Part shown: one piece after another, positions 1-13,025 of the stretch | Layout: the number at the start of each line of letters is the position of its first letter | Position numbering within the stretch: the stretch's first letter is position 1 | Source: Phaeosaccion multiseriatum | Lineage: Eukaryota > Protista > Ochrophyta, other classes | NCBI GenBank assembly: GCA_965112735.1 | Contig: OZ218955.1 | Span: forward strand, 744,001 to 808,000 | DNA: 64,000 nt | Direction: 5' to 3' | The notes under the pieces: model-generated | Databases searched by the model: none | The model's input: the letters and a program-made list of their open reading frames with translations, nothing else | Told to the model about the DNA's origin: nothing | Made by a program: the position numbers and the translations under genes

Positions 1-3000
1 AAGCGGAGGAGGACACGCTGCAGGCCGAGGCCCACTTTGAGAAGACGCTGCACGGATTGTTCGAACAGCTAGACCTGAACCGGGATGGAGTGCTGTCCCC
101 TGCAGAGGTGCGATGGGCAAACCTTAACACTTCTTTGTGCACGTTTACGACTGGACTGGTGGTGCAGTCCGTCTTCCTGTCTACCTGTCTGTCTCTCGAG
201 AGGAGGGACAGTCCATCACATTGGAGTAGTAACGATGGACTTCTGCGTTACGACTGCGTTTACAACAGCCCCCACCCCTCGAACATCGCTGCTGCTGCCA
301 CCACTCTTCTTCTGTCACTTATCCTACTACCCCTCACCACCAATGGAAACACCCCTCTCGCTCTTCCGCTCATACACGCACCCCACCCCTGCCCACGGAG
401 AAGGTCCGGGAGAGCTTCCGTCGCCTCGGCCTGCCATGCGGCAAAGTGCACATGGAGGCACTCTTCGGCGAGGGCTTCTTCGAGGGGGGTATTGGTAGTA
501 CGTCGCCGCCAAGCCTGATCCGCTTGGAGGACTTCGTAAAGCATGCCATGGGGAGGAGAGATCGCCTCATGGCCGTGTGGGAAGGTGAGCACATAAGGAG
601 GAAGAAGCACAGCTAGCAGCCCCCAAAACCTATGCGTACCCACTCTCTCTCTCTCACACACACACTGGGCTCGCGTCGAGGTCGATCGAACAGAAGACGG
701 GTGTTAGGTCTGAGAAGGAGGGGAGGAGATGGAACCGCTTTGAGAAGGAGAGGAGGGTGTGGTTCCACAGCCAGAGCCGTCCACATGAAAGCAACTGTGG
801 CTGTGTCTGCATGAGAGGAATTGTGTACCTCCGGCTACTCGCTGCTGGTATAGGGCAGTTTTCGCGTTACCTTGGTTTGGCTTAGGTTGCCTTGTGAGGT
901 CGATGCAGGTGCAAGCAATGGTGAAGCGTGTCAGAGCGCAGAAGTACGATGGGTGAGGTCGCTCTGTCTCTAATCTGCATCTCCTATGCCGCCCCACCTT
1001 CGACCTACCTATCCGCTTTTCTCCCTACCTACCTACCTACCTACCTACGTGCCCTCTTTCTTTATGGTATATCTCGTGTCGGGTCTATCTGTTTGTGTCT
1101 CTCTGCCCCCCCAGAGCTGGATAGCAACAACGACGGCCTCGTGTTTGTGGACGATATCCAAAGGGCTCTGCGCCGCCTTGACATTAAGGCATCAGACGCA
1201 CAGGTGCAGTGCATGTAATGAAAGGAGGGAGTACTTTGGTCTGGTTATGGACGAGCGACGGGGGCAGGGTGTGTGTGAGCGTGAAGGGAGGAGTGTGTGG
1301 GTATGTGCCGTTACGAACCTACTCGTGGAGAATCCGTCGCTGGAGCTCTCCACTCCTCCTTTGTCCCTTACGTGTGTGTGCGCGCGTGCGTGTGTGTGTG
1401 CGTGTGTGCATTCCGTTGCGTTCCGTTGCATTCCGTTCCCGTAGGTGCTGAAGCTGATGCGCCGCTCGGGGGACGGGGGCGGGCATATGGGCCTGGAGGA
1501 CTTCACGCGTCTCATGCTCCTCGCCCCAGGCCAGACTGTCGCAGAGCACTTCGATGCGTACCTGGCTGGGGCGGAGTTCGGAGAGGGAACAGGTACGTAC
1601 CTGTCTTACGTAACAGAGCAGAGTCAGAGTCATCACAAGCACATGGGTAGAGAGTCTCAGTCGCTAAGAGTCACACACAACAAGGAAGGCAAGAGGGCAA
1701 GAGGGGCCGTTTCGCAGTTTCGTTTTGTGTGGTGGTGGTGTTGCGTGGTTGCGTGAGGGGGGAGGGAGAGACCGGCAGGGAGCGAGGGGAGGCACCCCAG
1801 CGGCATCATGCCCCTGAGAAGCACCACCTCACGCTCACTCACTCACTCTCACTCACTCACTCTCACTCACTCACTCACTCACTCACTCACTCTCACTCTC
1901 TCCCTCACCCACTCACTCACTCACCCACTCATTCTCACTCACTCACTCACTTCCTCCCTCAGGTCCCGTGACGGACGACTTCGAAGATCTGAACGAGGAA
2001 CTCATTACCCTTCTGGCGGGGTGTGCCGCAGGGGGCATCTCACGCACCAGCACCGCCCCCCTCGACCGCCTCAAGGTGTGCGCATGCTGTTGCACTTGCA
2101 GTTGCAGTTGCAGTTGCAGTTTCAGCTTCAAGTTTAGGTGACCCATATCAAAAAGTTTTCTGTTGGGTCAGCAGCTCGACCTGTCATTCTCTTTACTGCA
2201 GTTCCCTCACTCACACTCAAACTCAAACTGGACCTGTAAAACAACAGGTGCAGCTGCAGGCTTCGAGAATCTCCAGACGCATGAGCATCCCCGCGGGCCT
2301 CAGAGCGCTGTACGCAGATGGAGGCATACGGGGCCTGTGGACATCCAACGGGGTCAACTGTTGCAAGGTGAGTAAGCTCATTGGAGGCCAGCAGTGGGTT
2401 GGATTGTGTTGATATCGACAGTATCGACACTGATGAATCGTCCAAGGATGTATTGTTTAGAGAGAGTGAGAGAGAGAACGAGAGTAGACCCTACTCAAAC
2501 CAGCTTTGTGTTTTGGACTCAAAACTCAAACTCAAACTGCGGCAATATTGATATTCAACACAGGTAATGCCCGAGACGGCATGTCGGTTCCTGGCCTTTG
2601 ACGCCTTCAAGGTCCTCATCTGCAACGACTTGAACGACGTGCAGCCCAGTGAGCGCTTCCTCGCCGGCTCCTTGGCAGGATTCACGGCCCAAACCCTCAT
2701 CTACCCACTAGAGATCGTCAAGACGCGCCTCGCAGTGGCCAAAGTGGGCGATTATAGAGGCGTGGGGGACTGTCTGAAGCGGCTGCTGAAGGAGGGAGGC
2801 ACTCGTGCGCTCTATAGGGGGCTGGGGCCGTCACTCATCGGGATTGTGCCATACTCTGGGGTGGATTTGGGACTCTTCTACACACTCAAGGTACTGTAGG
2901 CACACATGTGGGGTGTTATGGTGTGGTGCGGTACGTTAGTCTCTATGGGAAGAGTTCTGTTCGTCACGTGTGTGTGTGTGTGTGTGTATGCGTCCACCAC

Positions 3001-3612
3001 AAGCGAATGAGGCATGTCGTATCGTAGCAAATATAATGTGTGAGTTAAATGCCAGTTGTTCATTCGCCCCTCCCTCCCTCCCTTTGTATCACCAATCCTC
3101 CCAGGACCAATGGTTAAAGGCCAACCCCTGTGCAGAAGAAGGCCCCGGAGTCCTCACCCTCGTTGGCTTTGGGGCCATTTCATCAAGTGTTGGTCAAGTC
3201 ACGGCCTACCCCTTACAGCTGGTGAGGACAAAGCTGCAGGCAGATACCGCTGTTCCGCGGCGCTATGAGGGCATGGTGGATTGCTTTCGACAAACAATCC
3301 AGACCGATGGTCTTCGCGGTCTGTATCGAGGCCTCGCGGTCAATTTCCTTAAAGCCTTGCCCGCCATTACTGGTAAGTTGATGTTTGTTCTGTATCACCA
3401 ACTACTGTGCTGTGCTGTCCCTTTTAGTTGTGTTTTGTCGCTATCTATTTTTATTATATTGCAACCATCTTCATCAAACTTGAACATAAAATCTTACGTA
3501 CCTTGCTTTTGATTTGTTGTTGCTTGTTGTCGCAGTTTCTTACGTCGTTTTTGAAAAGAGCAAGTTCCTGCTGACGCAGCGATTCGGCAAGCGCCAAGCC
3601 TCCGCCTGTTGA
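1..3612 (+). CDS. Ca2+-binding mitochondrial carrier (SCaMC/SLC25A23-25-like ATP-Mg/Pi carrier), 5' end outside window
   Basis: GT-AG exons 1-107, 404-584, 1115-1203, 1445-1592, 1963-2075, 2248-2367, 2564-2890, 3105-3372, 3536-3612 join into one reading. EF-hand loops DLNRDGVLSPAE and DSNNDGLVFVDD are followed by three carrier signatures PLDRLK, PLEIVKTR, PLQLVRTK with GLW/ALYRG/GLYRG. Ends ...RQASAC-TGA at 3612. Confidence 0.92.
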
Positions 3613-3630
3613 TGCAGCAAGACAAGCGGA

Positions 3631-3955
3631 GAGGCCAGCGGACAGGCAAGCAGAGTGGCAAGCAGACAGGCAATTAGAGAGGCCAGCGGACAGGCAAGCA
3701 GAGTGGCAAGCAGACAGGCAATTAGAGAGGCCAGCGGACAGGCAAGCAGAGTGGCAAGCAGACAGGCAATTAGAGAGGCCAGCGGACAGGCAAGCAGAGT
3801 GGCAAGCAGACAGGCAATTAGAGAGGCCAGCGGACAGGCAAGCAGAGTGGCAAGCAGACAGGCAATTAGAGAGGCCAGCGGACAGGCAAGCACAGAGGCA
3901 AGCAGAGAGGCAAGCGGACAGGCAAGCAGACAGGCAATTAGAGAGGCCAGCGGAG
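3631..3955. repeat. 48-bp tandem minisatellite (about 6-7 copies) built from four related 12-bp subunits
   Basis: Unit GAGGCCAGCGGA-CAGGCAAGCAGA-GTGGCAAGCAGA-CAGGCAATTAGA starts at 3631, 3679, 3727, 3775, 3823, 3871, immediately after the carrier stop codon. Confidence 0.95.
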
Positions 3956-4789
3956 AGGCTCCGGTCCTCCTCTGGCGGTGCTCTTGCGGGCGGCAGCGCT
4001 ATGTAACGACGTGGAAAGAGAGCGCGCGAGAGAGAGACTTCCACTGCCAAGCATGGCGAGGCTTGTCTCCCTTCGTGAGGTGGGGCCCCACCTGGGGCAG
4101 TGAGGGAGGATATGCGGGGCGCACTCATTCGCTGAACCGCTGCGAGGAGGGGGGGGGGGGGGCGGTTTGAAGGCTTCGAGAACAATGCGTAAATCACCGC
4201 GTAACTACTTGGCCGCACATGCAGGTGGAGAAGGGGGGCATGTGGGGGGAAGGAAGCATGCTGGCAGGAGCGTATGGGAAGCCCCGGATGCACTTCAGGG
4301 ACCTCAGACGGCGGCAAACCCCGGGGAGGGGAGGAGTCTGGTCGTGGAGGGCGAGGGCATGCCCCACTATTCTGCTCCTCGCCATAGGACTCCACTTTTT
4401 CCGTGTCCTGTTTCTGGGCCGTCGTAGGACCCGAGAAGGGCGCGGACGGTGTTCGGCGGCGGGGGGGGGGTGAGGTCCACCCCAAGGCTTGACTCTTCTT
4501 CCCCGGGTGGGCGGGGAGGGGTGGTGGGGGCTACAGATGTAACGTCTTGATCGGGTGATGGACATTTTAAGCCGCAGCAGAAGCAGGATCAGCTGAAGAT
4601 GAAGAAAGAGCAGCAGTTGATGAAACAGCAGCAGCAGCAGCAGCAGGAGAAAGAGGAGCACTTGGGTGATACAGCAGCAGCAGGAGGATCAGCAGTTGGT
4701 GATATAGCAGCAGCTGTCTTGGCGGCTTCTCTCTCGTGCTGTCGGTGGAAGGTGGCGCTGTGAGTGAGCAGGCGTGTAAGCAGGCCCAT

Positions 4790-4950
4790 TGGACTGTATG
4801 TAGATGGACCAAACCGATAAGACTGGTATGGCCCACAAGCAGAGGACTGGTATTAGACCAGACCCGGAAGACTGGTATGGACCACCCAAAGGACTGGATA
4901 TAGACACCAGGCCCATAGGACTGGTATGGCCCACATCCATAGGACTGCAG
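4790..4950. repeat. Degenerate GGACTGGTATG/GACCA short-repeat cluster
   Basis: GACTG(G)TAT-like words at about 4792, 4821, 4845, 4870, 4892, 4919; GACTGGTATGGCCCACA occurs twice exactly. Confidence 0.7.
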
Positions 4951-5329
4951 GAAGCAGGAACGTTCCTACCTGTATCCGGTACTCTGCGCTTTGAAGGGGT
5001 ACTTTGAGGGGGAAGGGCACTCCCTTCGGTGCATTGCGTTGAATGTACATAGACCTTGAGAGAGATACGCCAATCAATCAGCGCTTGTGCAGTGGTGGTG
5101 TAGCGTCTCTTGTATTTGCTGGTTACGTCAACCTGAGTGGGTGCTTCGCGCTTAAAGGCCTACTTACTGAGCAAAGCAACGACGTCTCTGCTTGAGGGGG
5201 TGGATGGGTGGGTGGGCGCAGTGTGATGCCGGAAGGGCATAGCACTCTGCGATACATGTCAATCTACGATTATCTACAAAGGTTGGCACTTAGGTATTTA
5301 TCTATATACGACAGGCCCCATTCCGAATT

Positions 5330-6529
5330 TCAGAAGAAGCCGCCTTCCCCATCGGTCTCTCCCGCGGCAAAGAAGTGCTGCTTCTTCTTTCTTCCCGGGC
5401 CTGCGAATCGCGGGGCGGGCGGACAGAGCATCTCCTCGTGATGATGTCCTTGTGCTTGTGCCTCTCTCTCCTTCATCACTCGTCGAATGTCTTGTACTTG
5501 CTCTGGCATGTGCTCCTCCTGCTGCGCCTCCTCCACCGGCTCTTGTTCCTCGTAGATGTGCCCCTCTTGTGACTGCTGCTGAGGCTCTCGCTGCTCCTCC
5601 CACCGGCCATCTTGAGGCAACGCTGATGATGATGGGTATCGAGGCTGGGGCCGGTGGTGGTGGTGGTGGTGGTGGTGGTGGTGGTTCTGAAACCGTAGCA
5701 GAGGAGGAGGGCTCGGAGACGCGCTTCTCGTACCATCGTCCGACTGGGCGGGAAAGAAGGACAACATGCCGCCGACCCCCAGTATGCCGGCGTCGCGGTC
5801 ATCTCGATTGTCGCTGTCACCATCACCACCATCTTTGTCGTCGTCCGTCGTGCTGTCCTCGTCCTCGCTGCTGCACTCACTGGTGCACGTGCCCGCAGAA
5901 TCCATCACGTCTTCCGCGGTTGTCTTATCCACGTCGTCGATGTCGATGCTCAGGATCCTCCTGCCAGTGGGCCGGCGGGGAGCCTGGGGGGGGGTGACTC
6001 TTGCGCATTGAACGCCAGGATGAGGGTGGTGGTGGTGGTGGTGGTGGTGGTGGTGGTGGGGGTGGGGGTGGTTGTGGTGCTGCTGCTGATGCTGATGCTG
6101 ATGCTGGTGGCTCATCTGGCTGCTGACATGAGGGACAGGGCTCCGCACAGCCTTGCCCCTTGAAGCTGCATACATCGCCTGGGCATGCGTGAGGGGACCG
6201 TTGGCCTGGAACCTTGCTCTCTTGAGCGGGCTTCCCCCACCCCGTGTCGCTTCCTGCTCCCTACATAGGCGCCTGCTCCTTGGTGGCGTGAAGGGAGAGC
6301 CACCATCACTTGTAGTATCATAGCTTGAGCAGCTCGTGGTGTCGCTTGTATCGTAGCCCATGCTCTTGAGTTCAGCACTACGCCACATTTCTCCTCCTTT
6401 AGACCGCCGATTGCAAGGCTCCTCTCCCTTGCTCGTCTCGTGGTGCGGTACGCGCTGTGGTTGTGGTAGGGTCAAGATGCATCCCTCGACCCCCACGACT
6501 GCAAAGCTCCCCCCCTGTCCTCCTGTCAT
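5330..6529 (-). CDS. Intronless disordered protein, CPPAPR/FF family copy A (SMR/SIAMESE-like motifs)
   Basis: 399-aa ATG-started ORF with poly-His and acidic tracts. Shares ordered motifs (DTSDTTSCSS, TPPR, KRAR, ILSIDI, LCPPAPR, FF) with the ORFs at 15909-16469 and 17920-18654. Confidence 0.65.
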   Translation of the reverse strand: MTGGQGGSFAVVGVEGCILTLPQPQRVPHHETSKGEEPCNRRSKGGEMWRSAELKSMGYDTSDTTSCSSYDTTSDGGSPFTPPRSRRLCREQEATRGGGSPLKRARFQANGPLTHAQAMYAASRGKAVRSPVPHVSSQMSHQHQHQHQQQHHNHPHPHHHHHHHHHHHPHPGVQCARVTPPQAPRRPTGRRILSIDIDDVDKTTAEDVMDSAGTCTSECSSEDEDSTTDDDKDGGDGDSDNRDDRDAGILGVGGMLSFFPAQSDDGTRSASPSPPPLLRFQNHHHHHHHHHHRPQPRYPSSSALPQDGRWEEQREPQQQSQEGHIYEEQEPVEEAQQEEHMPEQVQDIRRVMKEREAQAQGHHHEEMLCPPAPRFAGPGRKKKQHFFAAGETDGEGGFF

Positions 6530-7734
6530 GGCCTCTCTGACCCCCCTGTGTTCCTACTCTCTGACCCTAGTTCGGCCGCTTTCTGTGCTCTAGGTTGCTG
6601 CCCCTGTCGGGGTGCCTCCTCAGTATCCTTCCCTCCGTCTCCTACAGACGAACGCACCTAACAATTGTGTGCTGATACTAAGCGATGTACTGGAAAGGAC
6701 GTCTGCCAAAACTGGGAAGGTAGTGCTGAGCCACCTTAGAAGGCGTTGTCAAGATGCTCTAGTGGTGGCTCTAGCACGTGGGGCAGGTGGCCTGGCAAAC
6801 GTTCTGAGAATGCCTGACCGTTTTTTTTGTAACCGTCGAGTTCTCCCAAAGAGCAACCAGCAAAAACCCCATAAACAGCAGCTCACAGTTTTTTTGTTTT
6901 TTATGTGCTTGGGCAGGGGATGGGCAGTACGATGTATAAGCTAATCACAAACGGACCGTACGGACCGAAAAGCAACTTGCTTCTCTGCCACCGACCGCCC
7001 TTGGTAGGGCCAACCTTGTGTCGCCACACACCCCGTACGCCTACCCAGTGCTTCTTGAAGCTTCGGACATTGCCCTACAGCCCTACAGCTCGGCGACGTT
7101 GCGTGCGGTCCTCCCATTTCGTGGCCTACAACTGTATTCAGCCGTCGTGGAGCATATACAAGCTTTGGGAGTGCATGCAAGTGGTCGAATATTGTGACAA
7201 AAGAACAGGTACTGTCACTTCTCTAGCGTACAGGTCCAATCTGTGCCCACTTTGCACACTTCCCATCGAGCGAAACACAGAATCGAGAAGTGGTGTTCGC
7301 AAGCCAAACTGGAATTTTTCGTGTCTCGCATTGGCAGAAAAGGGCGAGGAAGGGGGGAGGTAGACAGCTCCTTCTCTGCGAGTGATGGCCTGTTCCTTCT
7401 CTTCCATCTGTGTCACTCCCTGCGAAGTGTTCGGGCCTGTCTCTCCCTCGCTTCGCAGATTTTGCATATCCAGCGGCGGGACCTAGGTTCTAGGTACACG
7501 GTGTCGCAGCTGCCGCAAATCAGGGCCTTCCCGTCGTGCTTCAGCTGACAGTGAGGCTGTGTCACCACCGCGAGCATGCAGACACGGTAGGCTGACCGCA
7601 GTCGACGACCAACTGAGCGGCCAAGTACTTTCCATACGTCTCCTCGTCCATCGCCACCCCTACCCTCCTGCATCCTCTACACTCTGCCTCTACCTCTCCC
7701 TCTCTCTGCCCCCCCCTCCCTCCCTCTCCCTCCC

Positions 7735-10700
7735 TCACGAGAAGGTAAAAGGCACCGTAATCACCGTGTCCTCCCCATTCGCGCTGACTGGGTACTCCGC
7801 AGCCCTCAACTCCTCGTCGAGCACCTCAAGGGCTTGCTCCTTACGGTCCAGAGGGAAGTTTCCTTCGTCCTTTTGGTCGGGGTCGTTGGGGCAATCCACC
7901 ATGGTGTTGCTTTGGGCACGCACGTCCGTCACGCTGCCATCTGACCCAGAGATCTGCAGAGGGATGAGGAGGGGGTCAGGGGCGAAGAGGAGGAGGAGGA
8001 GCAGCAGCAGGAGGAGGAGGAGGAGGAGGACCAAGTAACGAACTCCTCAATCTATGGTGTACCATCTATTATCTAGATAAAGACCATAAACGCCTTTTCT
8101 CATCTTTACGATAGCAGGCCCAGTCACCCAACCCCCACCTCCAAACTCAAACTTACATAGACCTTGACGGTGAGAACCCCCATGACTCGTGGCAGGGACT
8201 GGAGGCCCAGCACGGCCCTTCCCATGGACTCATTGAGAGGCGTCAGGGCCTCGTCTGCCGTCAGCCCGCCTGTGAAGTAAGGCTCCGGCTCGGTGAACCA
8301 CCTGGGGCAGTCACAGATGGCACCACGTGGCACCGACAGGGTGGGACGGGGGGGTGGTGGGGAGGGTTTGATTGAGACTCATTATATTCGCAAACGATTC
8401 ACTTCCCCTTGTCTTCCCTGCGCCGCCGCTCTGACACCCCCTCGCGGACACGCACTTGGGACTAACCCCTCCCCTCCCTCCCTTGGGACTAAGTCCACCC
8501 CCCCTCCCCCCCTGGGACACTTGTACGCACCCGTGCAGAACAAGGCGCCCCTTCCGCGGATCCTTGGTGCCCTGTGTGTGTGTGTGTGTGTGTGCATATG
8601 TGTGTTTGTGTGTGCATGTGTGTGTGTGTGCATGTGTGTGTGTGTGTGTGCATGTGTGTGTTTGTGTGTGCATGTGTGTGTGTATGTGTATGTGTGTGTA
8701 TGTGTATGTGTGTGTGTGTATGTGTATGTGTGTGTGTGTGTGTGTGTGCGTGTGTGTGTGTTTGTGTGTGGATGTGTGTGTGTGCGTGTGTGTGTGTTTG
8801 TGTGTGTTTGTGTGTGCATGTGTGTGTGTGTGTTTGTGTGTGTGTGCATGTGTGTGTGTGTGTTTGTGTGTGCATGTGTGTGTGTGTGTGTATGTGCGGG
8901 CTGAGAAGATGCGCCAAAACACACAACGGTACGCTGATACAGCCTCTCACAACCCCTCTCTTGCCTTGCCCCCCCCCCCCTGACCCATTCACTGACTTAA
9001 CGACTCATTCACTGACTTATGCCCTCCCATTACCTACCTCGACTTTCTCGACGTAATGAGGGATTCGCGGATCGAAGAGCGTTAGGCGGTTGAAGTGAGG
9101 CTCAATCTGAGGCAGACAAGTGGGTTAGGGCGGGGGATAGAAGGAGATGAGGGGAGATGAGGGGAGGAGAGAGGAGGAGGGGAAGAGAGGAGAGGAGGGG
9201 GAGGGGAGTGGAGGAGAAAAGATAAGAGGGGAGGAAGGAGAGGAGAGGAGTCCCTCTTGTGTCACACCATGCCATGTCTCAAAAAGACAAGCTCATATGC
9301 GCACGAAACTGTCTGTGGTCCCCAACGCCTCTACACTTAACACCCCACCAGACCCACCCCACCACCCCATCACCCGTCAACCTTCCCCCCTTCCCCCCCC
9401 CTTCCCCGTTCCCCTCTCCCTTCCCCTCCTCCTCCCCCTTTCCTACTTTCTAACCCTACCCAGATACCCACCCACCCATCCAGCCGTGGTCTACCCCACA
9501 CCCCATCACAATCCCTCAACCCACCCACCCACCCACCCACCCCACCCACCCAATCACACACCCACTCACCCACCCACCCCACCCACCCAATCACACACCC
9601 ACCCACCCACCCACCCACCCCACCTAACCACCCACCCACTCACCCACCCACCCACTCACTCACCCACTCACCCACCCACCCACACGCATACACACCCACA
9701 CACCCACCCAATCACCCGCCCCCCCCCACACACACACCCAGCCACCCCTGTCCGGCAATCGTACCTTATCGATCAAGTGCCTCTCCTCCAGGCCGAGGCC
9801 GTGCTGAAAGGACTGCCAGTAGGACGTGGTGTGAGGCTTGTATACGCAGGTTTGTCCTCCCGTGAAGCCGCGGCCGTCCCAGTCAGTGAGCGATAGCACA
9901 AAGGCCCAAGGCCCTGTGTGGGATGGGATGGGATCGGATCGGATTAGGTGATCAATGATATGTGGGTGGGATCGATTCACAGGCAGTGGGTGATGGCAGT
10001 ACATGGGTGAGTGGGTGAACATGACGCTGAAAAGAGAAGAGACACAGACAGAGAGAGGTACGGAAAAGGCACGCGTGACGATGGAGAAATCGGCAGTAGC
10101 TACTGCAGCCCAAAGAGGAGACAGGAGAGGAGCACTCCAGTGTATCACCCACTGCAGTATCACCAACTGCTGCTGCTGCTGCTGCTGCTGCTGCCGCTGC
10201 CGCAGCTGCCTCTGCTGCTGCTTCTTGACGACGACCACGACTACCCTCCCTGCTCTGCTCTACCGTCTGCCACTCCCCTTGATGCCCTTACCATGCCAAG
10301 AGTCCGTGTGCACTCTCTGCTCGCACCCGTCGGTGTAGCACGATAGCCACGGAGGACTGATGCTGCGGCAGCCCAGAGAGGCTTGGCCGAAGTCGCACAG
10401 GGCGTCCACTAGGGTCTGAGGGGAGGAGAGAGACACAGAGAGAGAGAGAGAGGTAGGGGAGGGAGAAGTGGTCGTGTGTGCGTGTGTGTGCGTGTGTGTG
10501 CGTGGTCGTGTGTGTGTGCCTGTGTGCTTGGCCTGTGCTTGTGGGCGCGTGTGTGCGAGCCCCTCCCCATCCTCTGCCATCCCTTCCTCTCCCTCCCTCA
10601 CCTTGAAGTCCTCGGGTCCGAAGTACTGCTCTGCCGGGGTGCGCAACAGCGTGTACTGGTCGGGTACGTGCCAATGGTCCCACACGAACCTTACCAAACC

Positions 10701-12713
10701 AATACAGGAGGGGGGGGGCGAGTGGGATAGAGGGGGTTAGAGTGAGGTAACGCAAGGGAGGCACAGGCGCACTGTTGGGCATGGAGTTGTCGGCTTCTTT
10801 ACTTCGAAGCATATGGTAGTCGCTGCAGAAGGTCACGCCTCCTTCTTGTTCTCCCCTCCTCCTCCTCCTCCTCCTCCTCCTCCTCCCTTGTTATTCTTTT
10901 CCATACATCGTCCTTCTTTCTTCCCTCCCTCCATCCGTTCGTTCTTCTCTCCCTCTGCCCTTCCACGTTCAGAGGCAGATGGCAGGGGCTTCTCACCTTT
11001 CGCTGTGTCCCTCGCGGGGATCGCGAAACTTGTCCATGAAAGTGCCTCGAAGGGCACTGAAGAGTGGCGTTTCAAGCGTTTCAACCGTTTCAAGGGGAAC
11101 AAGAGAGATTGTGTTCAAAGGAAGGGGGTGAAGGGAGCATACAGAGCGTGTTTAGGCTGGTCCACTTATTTACTCACTCACTCACCCACTCACTGACTCC
11201 CTCCCCCCCTCCCTGACTCACTCTGCGAAGTCCGGCTGCAGGAAGTTGTCAAGCACGTGTATGTGGTCGGGTTGGCTCTCCAGGATCGCCGCACCTGTGA
11301 TAAGCTCGTCCGTTGAGCCGTCTTTGGCCAGCATATCGGTGGGACTAGGAGGGAGGGAGTGTGCGTGGGTCCGTGTGTGTGCATGTGAAGGGAGTTGGAA
11401 CGATTCGGGGTGGTGGGGGGGGGGTTGAGGTCATCGAATGGGACAAGGGATAAGGGGCTTCCCAATGGAATCCCTCCCGCCACCTCAGGCTCTTGCTCTT
11501 CGTGAGCAGCATGCGTAAGTGTACACGTCAGTACACGTAAGGCCCACATCAGCATACACGTGACGATGGCACGGACCTGTAGTTGGGCTCTGCAAAGTAC
11601 TTGGCGATTTCCTCTTGGCTGAAGTCCTCTCCGCCGTCACCACCCTCGCTGGCGTCAGCCCCCCCTTCCGCTTCGTCGGGATCTACTGCGCGGGGTGAAG
11701 TAGTCACGGAGAAGGAAGCAAGGATTTGAGTTTGCGCACACACACATACACACACGCGCGCGCGCCTTTGAGCCGGTTTTCGCCTTCGCTTCTCTCTTTC
11801 TCACACAAGCGCGAGCAACTGAAAGGCAGACAGCACGTGCACTTGAACAGAAAGACAGCGGCGGGCGGCACACACACACACACACACACCCCGCCTTCCT
11901 CCCGGTACTAATATGAACATTATGCACTCCACACACTCACTCACGCCCTCATGCATTCGCGCACGCACCTCCATCGACGACGTTGTCATCCGGCTCAAAC
12001 TCATCGAGGTCATCGAGCCCCTCGAGCTCTGCTTGCACGTCCTCGAGGCCGAGGGACGCCAAGTCCTCCTCGTTCACCTCGATCACCTCAACGCCAGCAC
12101 CACCTTCAACACCGGCGAAGCTGTCTTCCTCCTCCTCTTCCTCTTCCTCCTCGTTCTCGCCCTCCTTGTCCTCCTCCTCCTGCTCCTCCCTCTTCCCCTC
12201 GTGGCCCTCCTCTAGCATATCCACTGCATGTACAGCATAGTTCGAGGGTGGGAGGGAGGGAAGGATCATGAGCACAGCGACACTATTGTAGGCGCAGAGT
12301 CGGGGGGGGAGGGGGAGAGGGAAATTGGTCCTCACGCACTCACCTTCAACCTCCTCCTTGTCTTCGCTCCCCTCCTGCCCGGCCTTTGACAAGTGCAGAG
12401 ATGGGGACTTTCCTTGGTCACTCCTATACCACCCGCTACCACCAACGCCGCCGTTCCGGCTTCTAACTCTCTTGCTCGGCGGTGGTCCGCCGCTCCCTGT
12501 AGGATTATGTAAGGCGAAAGGGCCCCTCTTCACCTCCGCCCATCTTCTCATCCGTTGCCCTCGCTGATTTCGCGGAGGGTTACTGTGCGCACGGCCATCA
12601 TAGCGAGGAAGTCGTAGAGAAGAAGAGGCCGCAGGTTGCGGCACGAAAGCCTCTATTTGGGGTAATACGACGAGCAGGCCCACCAGCGTGCTGGTTGTTG
12701 CGGTTGGTCTCAT
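7735..12713 (-). CDS. Plastid-targeted 2OG-Fe(II) oxygenase-like conserved algal protein with acidic N-terminal region
   Basis: About 12 exons. N-terminus MRPTATTSTLVGLLVVLPQIEA-FVP (signal + ASAFAP-like), then a D/E-rich tract, then HIHVLDNFL, FRDPREGHSER-FVWDHWHVPDQYTLLRTPA, PPWLSCYTDGCEQRVHTDSWHG-PWAFVLSLT, FTGGQT, FNRLTLFDPRIPHYV, GRLVLHG-WF. HxD...H triad plus a downstream R fits the 2OG-Fe(II) fold. Ends VPFTFS-TGA. Confidence 0.8.
8573..8895. repeat. Interrupted (GT)n microsatellite in intron
   Basis: About 320 bp of GT with GCAT/GTAT/GTTT interruptions. Confidence 0.95.
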
Positions 12714-13025
12714 GATACGTGCAGCCCCGGCCAACCCTTCTCGGCGTGAAGGGAGGGAAGGAGGTTAAGAATAAGAAGGATATTCACCTGAGTGGCCAGG
12801 TAAATGCTGTGTAATAAACAAAAAACAAAGGTTTTAAATGAGCTCGGGCGGACACACTGAAGCACCAACTGCTCCATCTGTTGTCCCTTCCACACAATCT
12901 TGATCCAATCGGCTCTTTCGGCTCCTTCCTCCCCCCTCTTTCAATCTCCCGCCTTCTATTTTCTCCCTTCTCGTCGTCAATCCTCAGTAGAAGGCTTGTC
13001 GAGCCCAGCTCAAAACTCAGCAGCA
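12714..13025. promoter_or_regulatory. Putative bidirectional promoter region
   Basis: About 310 bp between the divergent ATGs of two plastid-targeted genes, with an A/T-rich core near 12770-12840. Inferred from geometry only. Confidence 0.5.

Noticed and set aside
3631-3955. CRISPR-like appearance of repeat arrays (also 19130-19360)
   Set aside because: Tandem units without unique spacers, eukaryotic context, no cas genes.
3454-4661. Minus-strand ORFs (343 aa, 155 aa) with TPPR/CPRPPR words, possibly a fourth CPPAPR-family copy
   Set aside because: The motifs fall in different frames with no common ATG, and the ORF length comes largely from the minisatellite. At best a decayed relic.
7413-7673. 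Short ORF with CGSC...CKIC (zinc-ribbon-like)
   Set aside because: No credible start or splice structure, lies immediately downstream of the oxygenase stop, and is too short to support.
8293-9896. Long poly-CV/HT/PTH ORFs
   Set aside because: Translations of (GT)n and (CCCA)n intronic microsatellites. The same applies to the poly-S, poly-L, poly-T/Y and poly-R ORFs elsewhere.
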